Part shown: in pieces, positions 54,620-64,000 of the stretch
Layout: every line of letters starts with the position of its first letter
How positions within the stretch are numbered: the first letter of the stretch is position 1
Virus record (IMG/VR): IMGVR_UViG_3300027864_000205
Location: 1-64,000 of that record
Strand: one strand, 5' to 3'
DNA from: a virus
Taxonomy: Duplodnaviria > Caudoviricetes
Length of the DNA stretch: 64,000 bases
Program-made: the position numbers and the translations under genes
The notes under the pieces: generated by a model
What the model was told of the DNA's origin: nothing
Databases searched by the model: none
Seen by the model: only the letters and a program-made list of their open reading frames with translations

Positions 54620-56481
54620 GCGCTCCTCTCTATTGGTCTCAGCTTCTGTATGAATTCATTTGCAAAACTTCTGATTTCGCCTTTTGCAGATTGGTCACCA
54701 AAGCCGTATAACTGTAATATTTTTAGTGTTCGCATATCCACCTCTAAGGTAAAGTATGGTTTTTCTTTATTCTCGAGTTTTCTGACAAAAAACACCATCT
54801 GTTCACCTTTGATATGATTTTCGAAATAACGGTCCATACCTACACAATGGTTGAGGGCTTGTCCTTCTGCGATAAACTCGCTCCGACTGGACGGGAATAC
54901 GATACAGTGTTTCTCGTTACTGTGTTCCTTCAAGCCTGAGTATATCTTTTCTGTTGCTATTTTTAGTTTTTCATCATCTAAATGAAGCTTGACCTTGTTA
55001 TAGCTTTCAACGAGCCTATCATGTGCCACTTTGATGTTTTCAGGAAACAGTACAGATTTTCGCGACATGTCCACATTCATAGTGCTACACAATTCGAGGT
55101 AGTCGGCATACCATTTGATAGTTCGCCCTGCATTTCTTGCCATTCCTGTGACGGTTGCCTGTTTCGTAAAGTAATTTATGAATCGTTCAAAGCTCATAAG
55201 GGATACTATGCTTAAAGTCTCTCCATTTGCGACTAGGTCAAGGGCGCGGAGTTTTTCAAAATATGCAGGGCTTACCCAAGTCTTAGAACTTTGTATTATT
55301 CGGTGTTCTTCCCACGAAATATTGTATTTTCGGTACAGACTCTTGTACTCGCCGCGAACACCAAGTACCTCAGAGAAATTACGCCCTTTGTTTACAGACT
55401 CAGCGCTTGTGGATGCTAACTGTATGAGACCTAGCTTAATGAGGTATTCAGCGACCGGGTACTTATCAATATTGCTCAGCAGACAAGGTAGCGAGACTTT
55501 GCCAGCACTTCGTAGCACCTCAGCAAGATTTATGTTCTTGTAGACTTTCGTGTATGTTTCGGCAAGATTTTCTGTGTAAACGTGAGTGCTATCCGCGCAT
55601 AAAACATCGTTTTGCTTTCGGTACCAGTAAGGTCCCCAAGCATAACCCATGTTCATCCACCTGTATGCATATGTAACCTTACCTCTTTTTGATGGTGCCT
55701 CTATCGTGCGGTAGTAATCTTTGAACGTGTAAAAGCTTTTCGGGGTCGGTGCTAAGTGTCTTTCTACGTTCACCCATTGCATGATAAGAGCGCCATTTGC
55801 ACGGCTTACTATAAGAATTTTTGCTTTTTCGGGTTTCGTGCATCCCGTCCAGTCACCCCTGTAGATTGCGCTTTTTCCACACTTCGGGCAATTACTCAGG
55901 GTTCCTGACCTTGTATCTCCACTGAGTTTGAATCTCTTTCTGCAAAACGCACATACAGCACTCCGTTTTCCATTTTTCTTTTTGCTCATGAAAATATATG
56001 TTTTGTCGAACACATGCTCATCGCAGTAATCAGCAAGGTTTGCAGGATACTCAGGGATCATTGCAAAGTGACCTTCCTGCATTGCGTACTTACTCGTTGT
56101 TCGTTTATCGCGACGCTCGCTCCCAATTTCCCACAAGTGTCCACTAACTATGCTGCGGAGAGGTTCTTCACTTTTCTTTCCGAAAAACTTACGAGCTTTT
56201 TTATCATCTTGCTCGCTTGATGATGCATGGGGTTTGAGAATGTCATAACCTGTTTTTAAGTACCACTTCTCAGCAGGCCATTCATCGCACATAAGTGCAT
56301 TCTTCCCGTCTGTGAATACTCTTTTATCGAGCTTCTTTGATTTGGCATCGTAGAAGTCGGCTACAAGAAGCTTTCCTGATCTCGGGAGTTCAACAACCTG
56401 TGCAGTAGCGACATAATAAGACTTATTGCATTTAGGGCAATCCAACAGAGGCACTGTCAGCATTTCTTTCTTTACGAGCAT
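54616..56481 (-). CDS. PcfJ-domain protein
   Basis: C-terminal FPENIKVAHD...EGQALNHCVG...FFVRK...PYFTLEV; CAFC and CPKC motifs. Confidence 0.88.
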   Translation of the reverse strand: MLVKKEMLTVPLLDCPKCNKSYYVATAQVVELPRSGKLLVADFYDAKSKKLDKRVFTDGKNALMCDEWPAEKWYLKTGYDILKPHASSSEQDDKKARKFFGKKSEEPLRSIVSGHLWEIGSERRDKRTTSKYAMQEGHFAMIPEYPANLADYCDEHVFDKTYIFMSKKKNGKRSAVCAFCRKRFKLSGDTRSGTLSNCPKCGKSAIYRGDWTGCTKPEKAKILIVSRANGALIMQWVNVERHLAPTPKSFYTFKDYYRTIEAPSKRGKVTYAYRWMNMGYAWGPYWYRKQNDVLCADSTHVYTENLAETYTKVYKNINLAEVLRSAGKVSLPCLLSNIDKYPVAEYLIKLGLIQLASTSAESVNKGRNFSEVLGVRGEYKSLYRKYNISWEEHRIIQSSKTWVSPAYFEKLRALDLVANGETLSIVSLMSFERFINYFTKQATVTGMARNAGRTIKWYADYLELCSTMNVDMSRKSVLFPENIKVAHDRLVESYNKVKLHLDDEKLKIATEKIYSGLKEHSNEKHCIVFPSSRSEFIAEGQALNHCVGMDRYFENHIKGEQMVFFVRKLENKEKPYFTLEVDMRTLKILQLYGFGDQSAKGEIRSFANEFIQKLRPIERSA

Positions 56482-56494
56482 TGCCTTCCTCCTG

Positions 56495-57070
56495 TTAAAA
56501 TAGTGTCAATTGCATAACTTCGGCTTTTGGCTCTTGCGGTGGTTCTGTTTTTGGTTTCTCTGCCCTTTGCTTCGGTTTTGCAGGTACTGGCGCTTTCACT
56601 TTTGGAACGCGAGTCAATTCTTCCGTTGTCGGCTCATCACCTGTTATTTCGACTTGCATAGTCATATGCACCTCAGAGTTCGGAAAGTAATACTTGACCG
56701 CAGCTCTGTACACATCAATGTCAGAGACGGAGTTGCCGACACCCTCCATAATCTCCGCACAACAATCAGAGAGTGTCCTCGGCGTTAAGAGTACAGCTTT
56801 TGCAAATCGTTCATCCTGCTCGCTAAAGTTTGTCAGTGTCGCCGCAACAAATTTTGATACAACTTTTTCTTTTTGACCACCTTTGAACTTTTTTAGTTCA
56901 TCAGAAATCTTCTCGGCGGCGGTTGCATATTGCTTAGGTTCGTTTGCTTCCTGTGGCTTTGCCAGTTCTGGTGATGTTTCATTCTTTTCTTCTGCCGTTG
57001 CTTCAATCGCCATTCTTGAAGCGGCCGCTCTCCATGCGTTGTCCGCGGGGTCTTTGTTAAAAATACTCAT
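56495..57070 (-). CDS. PcfK-like (AcrIIA9-related) protein
   Basis: TLSDCCAEI...VSDIDVYRAAVKYYF...C-terminal QLTLF; immediately upstream of PcfJ. Confidence 0.6.
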   Translation of the reverse strand: MSIFNKDPADNAWRAAASRMAIEATAEEKNETSPELAKPQEANEPKQYATAAEKISDELKKFKGGQKEKVVSKFVAATLTNFSEQDERFAKAVLLTPRTLSDCCAEIMEGVGNSVSDIDVYRAAVKYYFPNSEVHMTMQVEITGDEPTTEELTRVPKVKAPVPAKPKQRAEKPKTEPPQEPKAEVMQLTLF

Positions 57071-57086
57071 ATCGTTCCTCCAAAGT

Positions 57087-59036
57087 TTAGAATAATTTCA
57101 ATTGGGGTTCTTCACCAAGATCTGCTGTCTCGGTCGCTTCTGTTGCCTCTATCACTGATTCTTCTGCTTCATGTGTCTCAACAGGGTAAAGTTCTTCCTG
57201 CTCGTTGACGGGAGTAAGCGGTGCTACAGCACTTGTTTCAGAAATCATCATCACACCCTCGGTCGGTTCTGCTAAGAAGAAATCCGCTCTGGAAAATACT
57301 GTTTCATATGCCTTTTCCCCTTGAAAGCTGTCAACGACCTCTTTTTCATCGTCCGCCATTTCCTTATACTTCGTTTTTCCGTAGTTTGGCGGTAGCCAAT
57401 TCTTATTTCGCGCTGCGTAGATATTAAACTTTTCCACGAGTTCCATGTCTTTATACTTGATGTGGGTCGTGCCTTTTTTGAAGAGGTCAACATAGAAGTA
57501 TTTGAGTTCTATGTTCTTGGTCTGACCGTTGTCGCTCGCTATGCGCAGGACATTGCGAATACTTCTTTCATCTGATGCGCTCCCGCTGAGATAGTCAAAT
57601 ATTTTTTCAATATCGGATAGAACCGCATGTGCCTCGCTGACTTCAAACGCTTCTGATTTCCATTTCCAGCTTGAGAATATTCCCCATGTTGGAATTATTG
57701 ACTTCTTGCCTATCTTGTGCGCTTTATTCGTTTTCCATCCGTTGTAGTAGTGAATAGTCTGCTTACACTCTGGGTAGTGGGAGTGCTCGGCTGTCAACTT
57801 GTCGAAGCAGCTAATTATAGCTTCTTTCACGCCGTCAACTACTTGCGCATTCATTTCGTGCATGACAGTCTTGATGTTAAAAAGCGTGAAGTCATAATCT
57901 GCCATTTTGTTTACTTTGCGCACGTAGTCGTCGCGCAACTTCGATGTCAACCTGTCCATAAACTTACTGTTGCTAAAGAGGGCTCTCCAGTATTTGAGCC
58001 TTACCTCCTTCATGTATTTGTCAATATCTATGACTTGGTTATAGTTCACTTCCCTCCCTACTGTGAGCGTGAGAATGGCGTTTTTGTATGAAGCTTCCGG
58101 GTCAAGCGAGTCCAAAATGTACGGCGAAAGTGCTTTATACTGGCGTATGAGTTCCTTCGATGCGGCTACCTCGACCTTGAATCGAGTCACTGCCTGTTCT
58201 ATATAATCTCCGGCTACAAGGTCGGTAACGTCAAAATCTTCTTGCTTCTCATCTTGTGCCGCTTTCTCCATGCGTTCCCATATATCGCTGTGATACTCTG
58301 TACGATATGGGATATTCACACGTATGATTGCTACGTTGACATCAGCCTTACGCTCGGCATCGGAGAATGCGTTATCGACAAATATCACCTCTGCTTCATG
58401 TTTTTCAAGTTCCCTCTGTAAGACCTGCCGTGACTTTGTGTATGGGTTGCGAAGTGTTTCTGCGTTGAGTAGGCAGATAATTGCACCACCGTCTTTTTGT
58501 ATTTCCAGAGCCTTCAGCAAGTGCATGTCTCCATCTGCAAAGGGAGGGTTCATGAGTATTAACTGATAGTCTTTGTGGCAATTGTATGTAATGAAATTGT
58601 CGTGAATTATGTTGACTTTGCCGCGTTCAATATCGCGAATATTTTTTTCAATCTCTCGCAGATGGGCGAGGTGGTTTCCACCGTCTTTTCCTGCACTCAC
58701 AGCACTTACTCTGCATTCTTCAACTTTTTTGTGCAATTCATAAAGTGGTTTCGTCCATTCAGATATGTGATTTTCTTTTATGATTGCCCGGAGAAATGGG
58801 TCAATTTCTATGCAATCTATGAATATTTCTCTGTCCCATGAGCGACCGCTATAGTTATCGGCAAAATGCTTGATCGCTGATAATACAAGGTCGCCCTTTC
58901 CTGCTGATGGCTCGAGTACGTTTACAACACAGGTCCAATCAACATCGTTAAGCATTTTTGTTGCGAGATAGTCTGGGGTAGGATAGAACTGGTCGTTACC
59001 TTCGGTTTTTGTGAGGTCTGTAATTTTTGTGTTCAT
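57087..59036 (-). CDS. Class I SAM-dependent methyltransferase (DUF4942-like, probably N6-adenine)
   Basis: FYPTP, VLEPSAGKGD, ILMNPPF, YFYVDLFKKGTTHI. Confidence 0.88.
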   Translation of the reverse strand: MNTKITDLTKTEGNDQFYPTPDYLATKMLNDVDWTCVVNVLEPSAGKGDLVLSAIKHFADNYSGRSWDREIFIDCIEIDPFLRAIIKENHISEWTKPLYELHKKVEECRVSAVSAGKDGGNHLAHLREIEKNIRDIERGKVNIIHDNFITYNCHKDYQLILMNPPFADGDMHLLKALEIQKDGGAIICLLNAETLRNPYTKSRQVLQRELEKHEAEVIFVDNAFSDAERKADVNVAIIRVNIPYRTEYHSDIWERMEKAAQDEKQEDFDVTDLVAGDYIEQAVTRFKVEVAASKELIRQYKALSPYILDSLDPEASYKNAILTLTVGREVNYNQVIDIDKYMKEVRLKYWRALFSNSKFMDRLTSKLRDDYVRKVNKMADYDFTLFNIKTVMHEMNAQVVDGVKEAIISCFDKLTAEHSHYPECKQTIHYYNGWKTNKAHKIGKKSIIPTWGIFSSWKWKSEAFEVSEAHAVLSDIEKIFDYLSGSASDERSIRNVLRIASDNGQTKNIELKYFYVDLFKKGTTHIKYKDMELVEKFNIYAARNKNWLPPNYGKTKYKEMADDEKEVVDSFQGEKAYETVFSRADFFLAEPTEGVMMISETSAVAPLTPVNEQEELYPVETHEAEESVIEATEATETADLGEEPQLKLF

Positions 59037-59097
59037 CGTTTTTCTCCTTTTTTAGTCTCTATTACCCCATTCGTATCCGCGCCACTGAAACTATCTT

Positions 59098-59904
59098 TCA
59101 GAGTGAAAGTTGTGCGGGAGTCCATCGGTAATCCCGAGTTGCATCATGTGCGATGTTGATGATGTATAGACCCCCCATCTGGTTTATTCGTCCGGCGATT
59201 GCTCCATCAATTTTGCTGAGTTCATCAATAGTGTGTTCCGATGATATGAGTGTTACCAGCTTTGCATTGTACCGTGCATTGAGTATTTCGAAAGCGAGTC
59301 TTACGTCCGCATCAGACGGCTCTGAGCCTTTCTTGCACTTAAAAAGGTCGTCTATGTATAAGACACTCACAGACTGAAGTCGCCTGACTTCTTTTTCATG
59401 TGTTTCCCCTTCGTTGACGGTAGCGCGAAGCTTTTTGATGTCGCTGCTCCAAAGCATGTAATATGTCTCTTTGCCACCGTTAAGTAGGCTTACGGCTATT
59501 GCTGTGCATATGTGGGTTTTCCCGCTGCCGGTCTGCCCTAAGACTCCGAACCATTTGCCTGTCGAATCTTTTGCAAAAGCGATAGCCTTTTGTTTGATGT
59601 TATCTTGCCATGGTGCTTTTACCAGATAGCGGTCGAAAGTGTACTCGTCCATGATAGGCTTCAATCCGCTTTTTTCGATATTCCTCAACGACCGTCTTAT
59701 GTTCAAGCACTTGCAGTCCCTCGCTGTTGCTACACCGTTGACAAGCTCTGTCTTGTATCCTCGGTTAAGGCAGTCCGAACATTCGTAACCTTCAAGGTTT
59801 CCTTTGCGCGAGTTCGCCCACTCAATGCGCCGAGATTCATAATCATCGCTCGATAACGGTTCTATTTTCGGTAAATTTTTCAGTATCTCTGAAATGTTCT
59901 CCAT
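59098..59904 (-). CDS. DnaC/IstB-like helicase loader ATPase
   Basis: CSDC...CKC zinc motif; GQTGSGKTH; LYIDDLFK. Confidence 0.9.
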   Translation of the reverse strand: MENISEILKNLPKIEPLSSDDYESRRIEWANSRKGNLEGYECSDCLNRGYKTELVNGVATARDCKCLNIRRSLRNIEKSGLKPIMDEYTFDRYLVKAPWQDNIKQKAIAFAKDSTGKWFGVLGQTGSGKTHICTAIAVSLLNGGKETYYMLWSSDIKKLRATVNEGETHEKEVRRLQSVSVLYIDDLFKCKKGSEPSDADVRLAFEILNARYNAKLVTLISSEHTIDELSKIDGAIAGRINQMGGLYIINIAHDATRDYRWTPAQLSL

Positions 59905-59908
59905 CTTT

Positions 59909-60625
59909 CTATACCCAGTTTCCACGCCTTGCGGATGCGTTATTTTGCTGATTGGTTTCGGCAACAGTTGGCTCATCTTCCCAACGCCGCTGATTAAGCC
60001 AAGTTGCTGGATGCGGTATAAATTGGCCGCGATCTTTGGTCCACTGCTCACTCTTGCGTTGGTCATCTAGCGCGAGCATAATTTCCTTTAACAACCCTTC
60101 GTCAGGCTTAATTCTTTTCCACACGGCATATGCTTTTGCTTTCGCTACCTTCCGAGGGTAGATTTTCCAAAATTCATCAAAGCTAACATCAATAATCTTA
60201 TTTCTATTTTTATTTTCATTATCATTTTCATCTTCCGTAATGGTTTTGTTTGGGTTATGGTCTGGGTTATGCTTGGGTTTTGTTTGGGTTACGTTTGGGT
60301 TATGGTCTGGGTTTTGATATTGAGTTGTCGGTCTTCCCCCTTTCCTCCCATTTTCGGTTTGTTTGCTAATAAAATAGTTCCTTTTTTCAGCCTCAACTTC
60401 GAGGCGCTTGTTGTAGTAAAGACCATTCTCATCAATATCAAATTTGCACATGACGTCATCAGATACTTCGCCCACTGCCAGTTTAATTGCTTTTTTTGTT
60501 AATCTGCCTTTTTGATGCTGTAGGCAAAGCAGTTTGATGTACTGTCCTACTTCTTCGTTCGTGAGATCAACGACACCTGTAAGAAAATCACTGCTGTAAA
60601 AGAGAAAAGCGGGGTCTTTCTTCAT
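59909..60625 (-). CDS. Phage replication initiator (DUF1376-like N-terminus)
   Basis: PAFLFYSSDFLTG...GQYIKLLC; FDEFWKIYPRK...HPATWLNQRRWEDE. Confidence 0.85.
   Translation of the reverse strand: MKKDPAFLFYSSDFLTGVVDLTNEEVGQYIKLLCLQHQKGRLTKKAIKLAVGEVSDDVMCKFDIDENGLYYNKRLEVEAEKRNYFISKQTENGRKGGRPTTQYQNPDHNPNVTQTKPKHNPDHNPNKTITEDENDNENKNRNKIIDVSFDEFWKIYPRKVAKAKAYAVWKRIKPDEGLLKEIMLALDDQRKSEQWTKDRGQFIPHPATWLNQRRWEDEPTVAETNQQNNASARRGNWV
60251..60313. repeat. Iteron-like array (putative phage origin) inside the initiator gene
   Basis: Six TGGGTT copies at 60251, 60263, 60274, 60285, 60296 and 60308 (11-12 bp spacing), next to an AT-rich tract. Confidence 0.75.
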
Positions 60626-60667
60626 ACCATAAGCCTCCTTTATGCGTTTTGTGGTGGCATAGCCGCC

Positions 60668-61114
60668 TTAGAACGGCAGGTCACCGTCGTCCATGTCCAG
60701 TTCTGTGAAATCTGAACTTTCGACCGGGGTATTGTAACCTGAGCCGAAGTCCTCTTTCGGGTCGGCAGTACCTCCCAGTGCCGCTTCTCTGCTTTTCTTG
60801 CTCTCCGTGAAATAGACGTTTTCGGCGACAACTTCCGCACTGCGGCGTTTGTTGTTTTCTTTGTCAGTCCAGTCACGTATTTGCAAGCGTCCGGTAACAG
60901 CTGCCATTTGCCCTTTTGTAAAATACTTTGAGACAAATTCCGCTGTGTTTCGCCATGCGACTACATCTATAAAATCTGTTTGCCTCTCTCCTCCGTCTTT
61001 AGGGGAATATCCTCTATCGACAGCCAGCGAAAACGAAGCGACAGACACGCCGTTTGGCGTTTGGCGCAGCTCCGGGTCTCTTGTTAGCCTTCCCATAATT
61101 ACGATTTGGTTCAT
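60668..61114 (-). CDS. ssb: Single-stranded DNA-binding protein
   Basis: GRLTRDPELRQT...DDGDLPF. Confidence 0.95.
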   Translation of the reverse strand: MNQIVIMGRLTRDPELRQTPNGVSVASFSLAVDRGYSPKDGGERQTDFIDVVAWRNTAEFVSKYFTKGQMAAVTGRLQIRDWTDKENNKRRSAEVVAENVYFTESKKSREAALGGTADPKEDFGSGYNTPVESSDFTELDMDDGDLPF

Positions 61115-61118
61115 TGTC

Positions 61119-61313
61119 CTACACCCCACTATTCACTGGTCTTTTTTCTGTGCCTGAGAAAGCCATTTCGAGCAAAACTTTAAAGGTATGCTCATCAACA
61201 CCTTCTTCCCACGCATCTCTTATAAGGCAAAGTTTTGTTTCAGTTGCGATGAGTTCCGTATAGCGTGACAGGTTCACAACGATGTTGGTTTCTGCATTGT
61301 TTGTGTTATTCAT
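61119..61313 (-). CDS. Hypothetical protein
   Basis: GAAAGGA SD; 64 aa. Confidence 0.65.
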   Translation of the reverse strand: MNNTNNAETNIVVNLSRYTELIATETKLCLIRDAWEEGVDEHTFKVLLEMAFSGTEKRPVNSGV

Positions 61314-61347
61314 AAAAAGTTCCTTTCTTGCGTAGGTTGTCAGCTTT

Positions 61348-64000
61348 TTAGGCAGCCTCTACACGACTTCCGCTTTCTGTCTTGATGATATCTATGCTTT
61401 GTGGGAAACGTGCTTTGAATGCCGGGTCGTGCGTTATCGCCATAACTTTGAGGCTGCTGTATCTGCGTTGTATAGCCTCCAGTGCGTCGCAGTATGCTCC
61501 GACACCGTCAGCATCTAGGAAAGGCGGTTCGTCTATAAAGAGCATACCTAATTGCACCCCCGCTTGACTGCTCTTGGCTTCGGCAAGCGAAAGTATGACC
61601 GAGAGTGATGCCTTAACTCTCTCACCGCCCGATTTGGATAGATACGGCAACGTATCTTTTCCGTATTCCTCGATTACGATGTCTAGCGTAGGTATCTCTT
61701 TTTTTGAGTTTGACTTGAGTACTCTGTCGGTAACAAAATCAACACCCATTTTTCCTCCTGTCATGGTGCCGAGAATGCTGTTGGCTGTGGCGGATAGTGT
61801 TGGCAATACGGCGCGGATAATATTGTGCGGTATGCCATCTTGACCGAATGCGCATTTTAAAGTTTCGTAGATAGAGGCTTTGTTGGCGTATTTCTTGATT
61901 TCTGCCTGCTCTGTGGTTATCTCGGTTTTCTTTTTTTCAATATCATCAAGGCGCTGCGTGTATCTGCCGATGTCCATTCGGATGGAGGAAATTTTTGAGT
62001 CATTTTGGAGTATTGCTGATTCAACCTCACTCAGTCTCACGTCTACGTCAGATGCCGAAAATAAGGCCTGTTCTTCGCATAGTTTCTGCTCTTTTGCGGC
62101 AATATCTGCTTTAGCTCTATCTACTTCTTGCTGCAGTTCAGCGATGCGAACTTTAGCGGTAGCCATACGCTCTTTGATAATCGGGAGTTGTTTTTCACGC
62201 TCTACCCATTCGGCAGATTTGGCAATCCTTGCTGAAATATCTTCGTATTTGACATCAAGCTCTGCCTTTGCCGCTATCAACTCACGTTCTCTCTCGGCTG
62301 ATTCTGTGAGTTTTGTGAGCCTTTCTTGCAACGAAGATGTTGAGATAGCCAGGGTGGCTCGTTTCTCGTTCAGGAGTGTTATTTGCGCTCTGACGGCTGT
62401 CAGTTGTTCATAGTCTTTTGTTTGTTGCTCCAAGTTTGAAGCGGTTTGAAGCAGTAGTATGCGCTTTTCAGGGTCATACTGAATAGCTTCCAATTGCGCT
62501 CTGAGATTTTCAAGGCTGTGTTTTTGTTGGTCTAGCCGTGCCATCTCACTTTCTTTCCACTCAGTACATTTTTTCCGATATGGTTCGAGTTCTGCGGCGG
62601 CGGTTTGGGCATCTTTTAAGAAGGTGCAGTTTGCTGTGTCTGGGTTTGGGCAACCACTTGACGTGAGCATAGTTGTTTTTGCTTCGAGCGAAACAATGCG
62701 TTCTTTTCGGCTTTTCGCTTCTTGCTCGAAGTTAGACTGCTCGATAGTGTACTTGCTCTGAATTGTATTTATTTCGTCAGATAATGGTAAGTATTTCTGC
62801 AACTTTTCCTCTTGCTCTGCTAAGAGTTCGAGGATTTTCTTGTGTTCGTCAGCCGCATTGCGCAGTTCATCTTCTGCATGCACCTTTTCTTCGAGAGCCA
62901 TTATACGACTCTCTGCTGATTCGATTTCTGTGGTATTAGAATTGATGTTGCGACGAATTTGTTCTGCCTCAGCCTGCACTCCATTACAGCCGGCAATCTG
63001 CGAAGTTGTTGCGGCAAGCTCTTGTAATAGCTCTTTTTCTCTTTCAAGTAGTTTAGGGTACTCCGCAGCCTTCTCGTTGATAGTCTCTTCAAGCGTTAAA
63101 CTGTTCTCAGATTCGTTTATTATGACGTTTTGTGATGTAATGCTGTGGAGCAGTTCAGCAGATGACTCTTTCATCGAGGCGATGTCTGTGCGAATATTGT
63201 TTATGCGCTCCTGTACTTCCTTGCGCTTTTCAGCTTCTGATTTGAGTTCATCGCGCGTTTTTTCAAAGTTGGCTTTTTCGGATAAAAGCAACTCGGCATC
63301 TTGTTTTGCAACAGCGAGATTGCCCACGAGTTCTCTTTCATCGGTTATCTCTCGGGAGAGCGTTTCAACTATAGTTTTGCGCTTTGAGATTTCACTGCGA
63401 TTTTCTCTCAACTTATTCAGTGCTAGTTGCTCCATATCGTCATAGATACCTAGTCCGAGGATGTTTCCAAGTACTGACATACGGTCCTCTTTGTCGGCTT
63501 GCATAAATAGACCGTATTGATCTTGCATTATTAGAGCGCAGCTTCGGAATGTCATACTATCCATGCCAAGCACGCCTTCGATGGTGTTCTGCGTGTCTTT
63601 CAACTTCTCGTGAGATCGGTCTACCCATTCATCGCTGACAAGCTCTGAGAGGTTAAGTGTCGCTTTGCCGGACTTAGCACGGGTGCGAGTTACGCGGAAG
63701 GTTTGCTCGCCGATTGCAAAGGAAAACGATATTGAGCCGCTTCGTGCCTTTTCGTCGGCACGTATCCAGCCTGTCAAATCACCCTCACGGGGCTCCTCAT
63801 AGAGGCAGTCAAGAATTGCATCCATAAAAAGAGAACTCTTGCCTGACCCATTTTTGCCGTTGATAGTGCAGAAATTGATGTTGCGAAAGTCAAAAACTTC
63901 TTCCGCATAATTGCGGTAATTCTTCACTTCAATCTCAAGCGGAGAGAAAATGCCTGTTAGTCTTGACGTGATGGCGCCGGCAAGTGCTTCCGAGATTATC
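61348..64000 (-). CDS. SbcC/Rad50-like SMC ATPase, 5'-truncated by the window edge
   Basis: GKNGSGKS, long coiled coil with CPNPDTANC hook, SKSGGER, FIDEPP, VMAITH; frame stays open from 63927 to 64000. Confidence 0.9.
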   Translation of the reverse strand, partial: IISEALAGAITSRLTGIFSPLEIEVKNYRNYAEEVFDFRNINFCTINGKNGSGKSSLFMDAILDCLYEEPREGDLTGWIRADEKARSGSISFSFAIGEQTFRVTRTRAKSGKATLNLSELVSDEWVDRSHEKLKDTQNTIEGVLGMDSMTFRSCALIMQDQYGLFMQADKEDRMSVLGNILGLGIYDDMEQLALNKLRENRSEISKRKTIVETLSREITDERELVGNLAVAKQDAELLLSEKANFEKTRDELKSEAEKRKEVQERINNIRTDIASMKESSAELLHSITSQNVIINESENSLTLEETINEKAAEYPKLLEREKELLQELAATTSQIAGCNGVQAEAEQIRRNINSNTTEIESAESRIMALEEKVHAEDELRNAADEHKKILELLAEQEEKLQKYLPLSDEINTIQSKYTIEQSNFEQEAKSRKERIVSLEAKTTMLTSSGCPNPDTANCTFLKDAQTAAAELEPYRKKCTEWKESEMARLDQQKHSLENLRAQLEAIQYDPEKRILLLQTASNLEQQTKDYEQLTAVRAQITLLNEKRATLAISTSSLQERLTKLTESAERERELIAAKAELDVKYEDISARIAKSAEWVEREKQLPIIKERMATAKVRIAELQQEVDRAKADIAAKEQKLCEEQALFSASDVDVRLSEVESAILQNDSKISSIRMDIGRYTQRLDDIEKKKTEITTEQAEIKKYANKASIYETLKCAFGQDGIPHNIIRAVLPTLSATANSILGTMTGGKMGVDFVTDRVLKSNSKKEIPTLDIVIEEYGKDTLPYLSKSGGERVKASLSVILSLAEAKSSQAGVQLGMLFIDEPPFLDADGVGAYCDALEAIQRRYSSLKVMAITHDPAFKARFPQSIDIIKTESGSRVEAA

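Larger units (their letters stand above)
618..64000 (-). mobile_element. Temperate myophage/prophage (PBSX/skin-like morphogenesis); ends not defined
   Basis: Continuous replication-packaging-head-tail-lysis synteny; no integrase or att site identified in the window. Confidence 0.92.

Noticed and set aside
61880-63445. Long Ser-rich plus-strand ORFs (177 and 201 aa)
   Set aside because: Reverse-frame shadows of the SbcC coiled coil

Overview
Nearly the whole window is one Firmicutes (Clostridia-like) temperate myophage or prophage, encoded almost entirely on the minus strand and truncated at the right edge. In transcription order (right to left): (1) Replication/recombination genes: SbcC-like ATPase open to the edge, SSB, initiator with iterons, DnaC-like loader, PcfK/PcfJ-like pair, phage beta-clamp, RecU and SNF2 helicase. 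(2) Three DNA methyltransferases and a radical SAM enzyme. (3) A RinA/ArpU-like late regulator, followed by a tightly coupled five-gene cassette (Na+/solute symporter, PAPS-reductase-like, ParB-like, IbrA-like, IbrB-like) directly ahead of the terminases. (4) PBSX/skin-type head and contractile-tail genes, with a MuF protein carrying a HEXXH C-terminal domain plus a tiny downstream ORF, and a -1 frameshift in the tail chaperone. (5) A complete diversity-generating retroelement: target with VR, hairpin, avd, TR and RT. (6) A lysis cassette whose endolysin has an unfamiliar catalytic domain. (7) An accessory end with two small HTH genes, a rightward operon and a tRNA-Ala(GGC). The most notable observations are the transporter/PAPS-reductase/ParB late cassette, which may be an undescribed DNA- or virion-modification system, and a shared ATAACG-N5-(C/A)GTTAT operator found at the accessory promoters and upstream of the DGR avd-TR-RT unit. 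All family assignments come from motif recognition by eye; no database searches were run.
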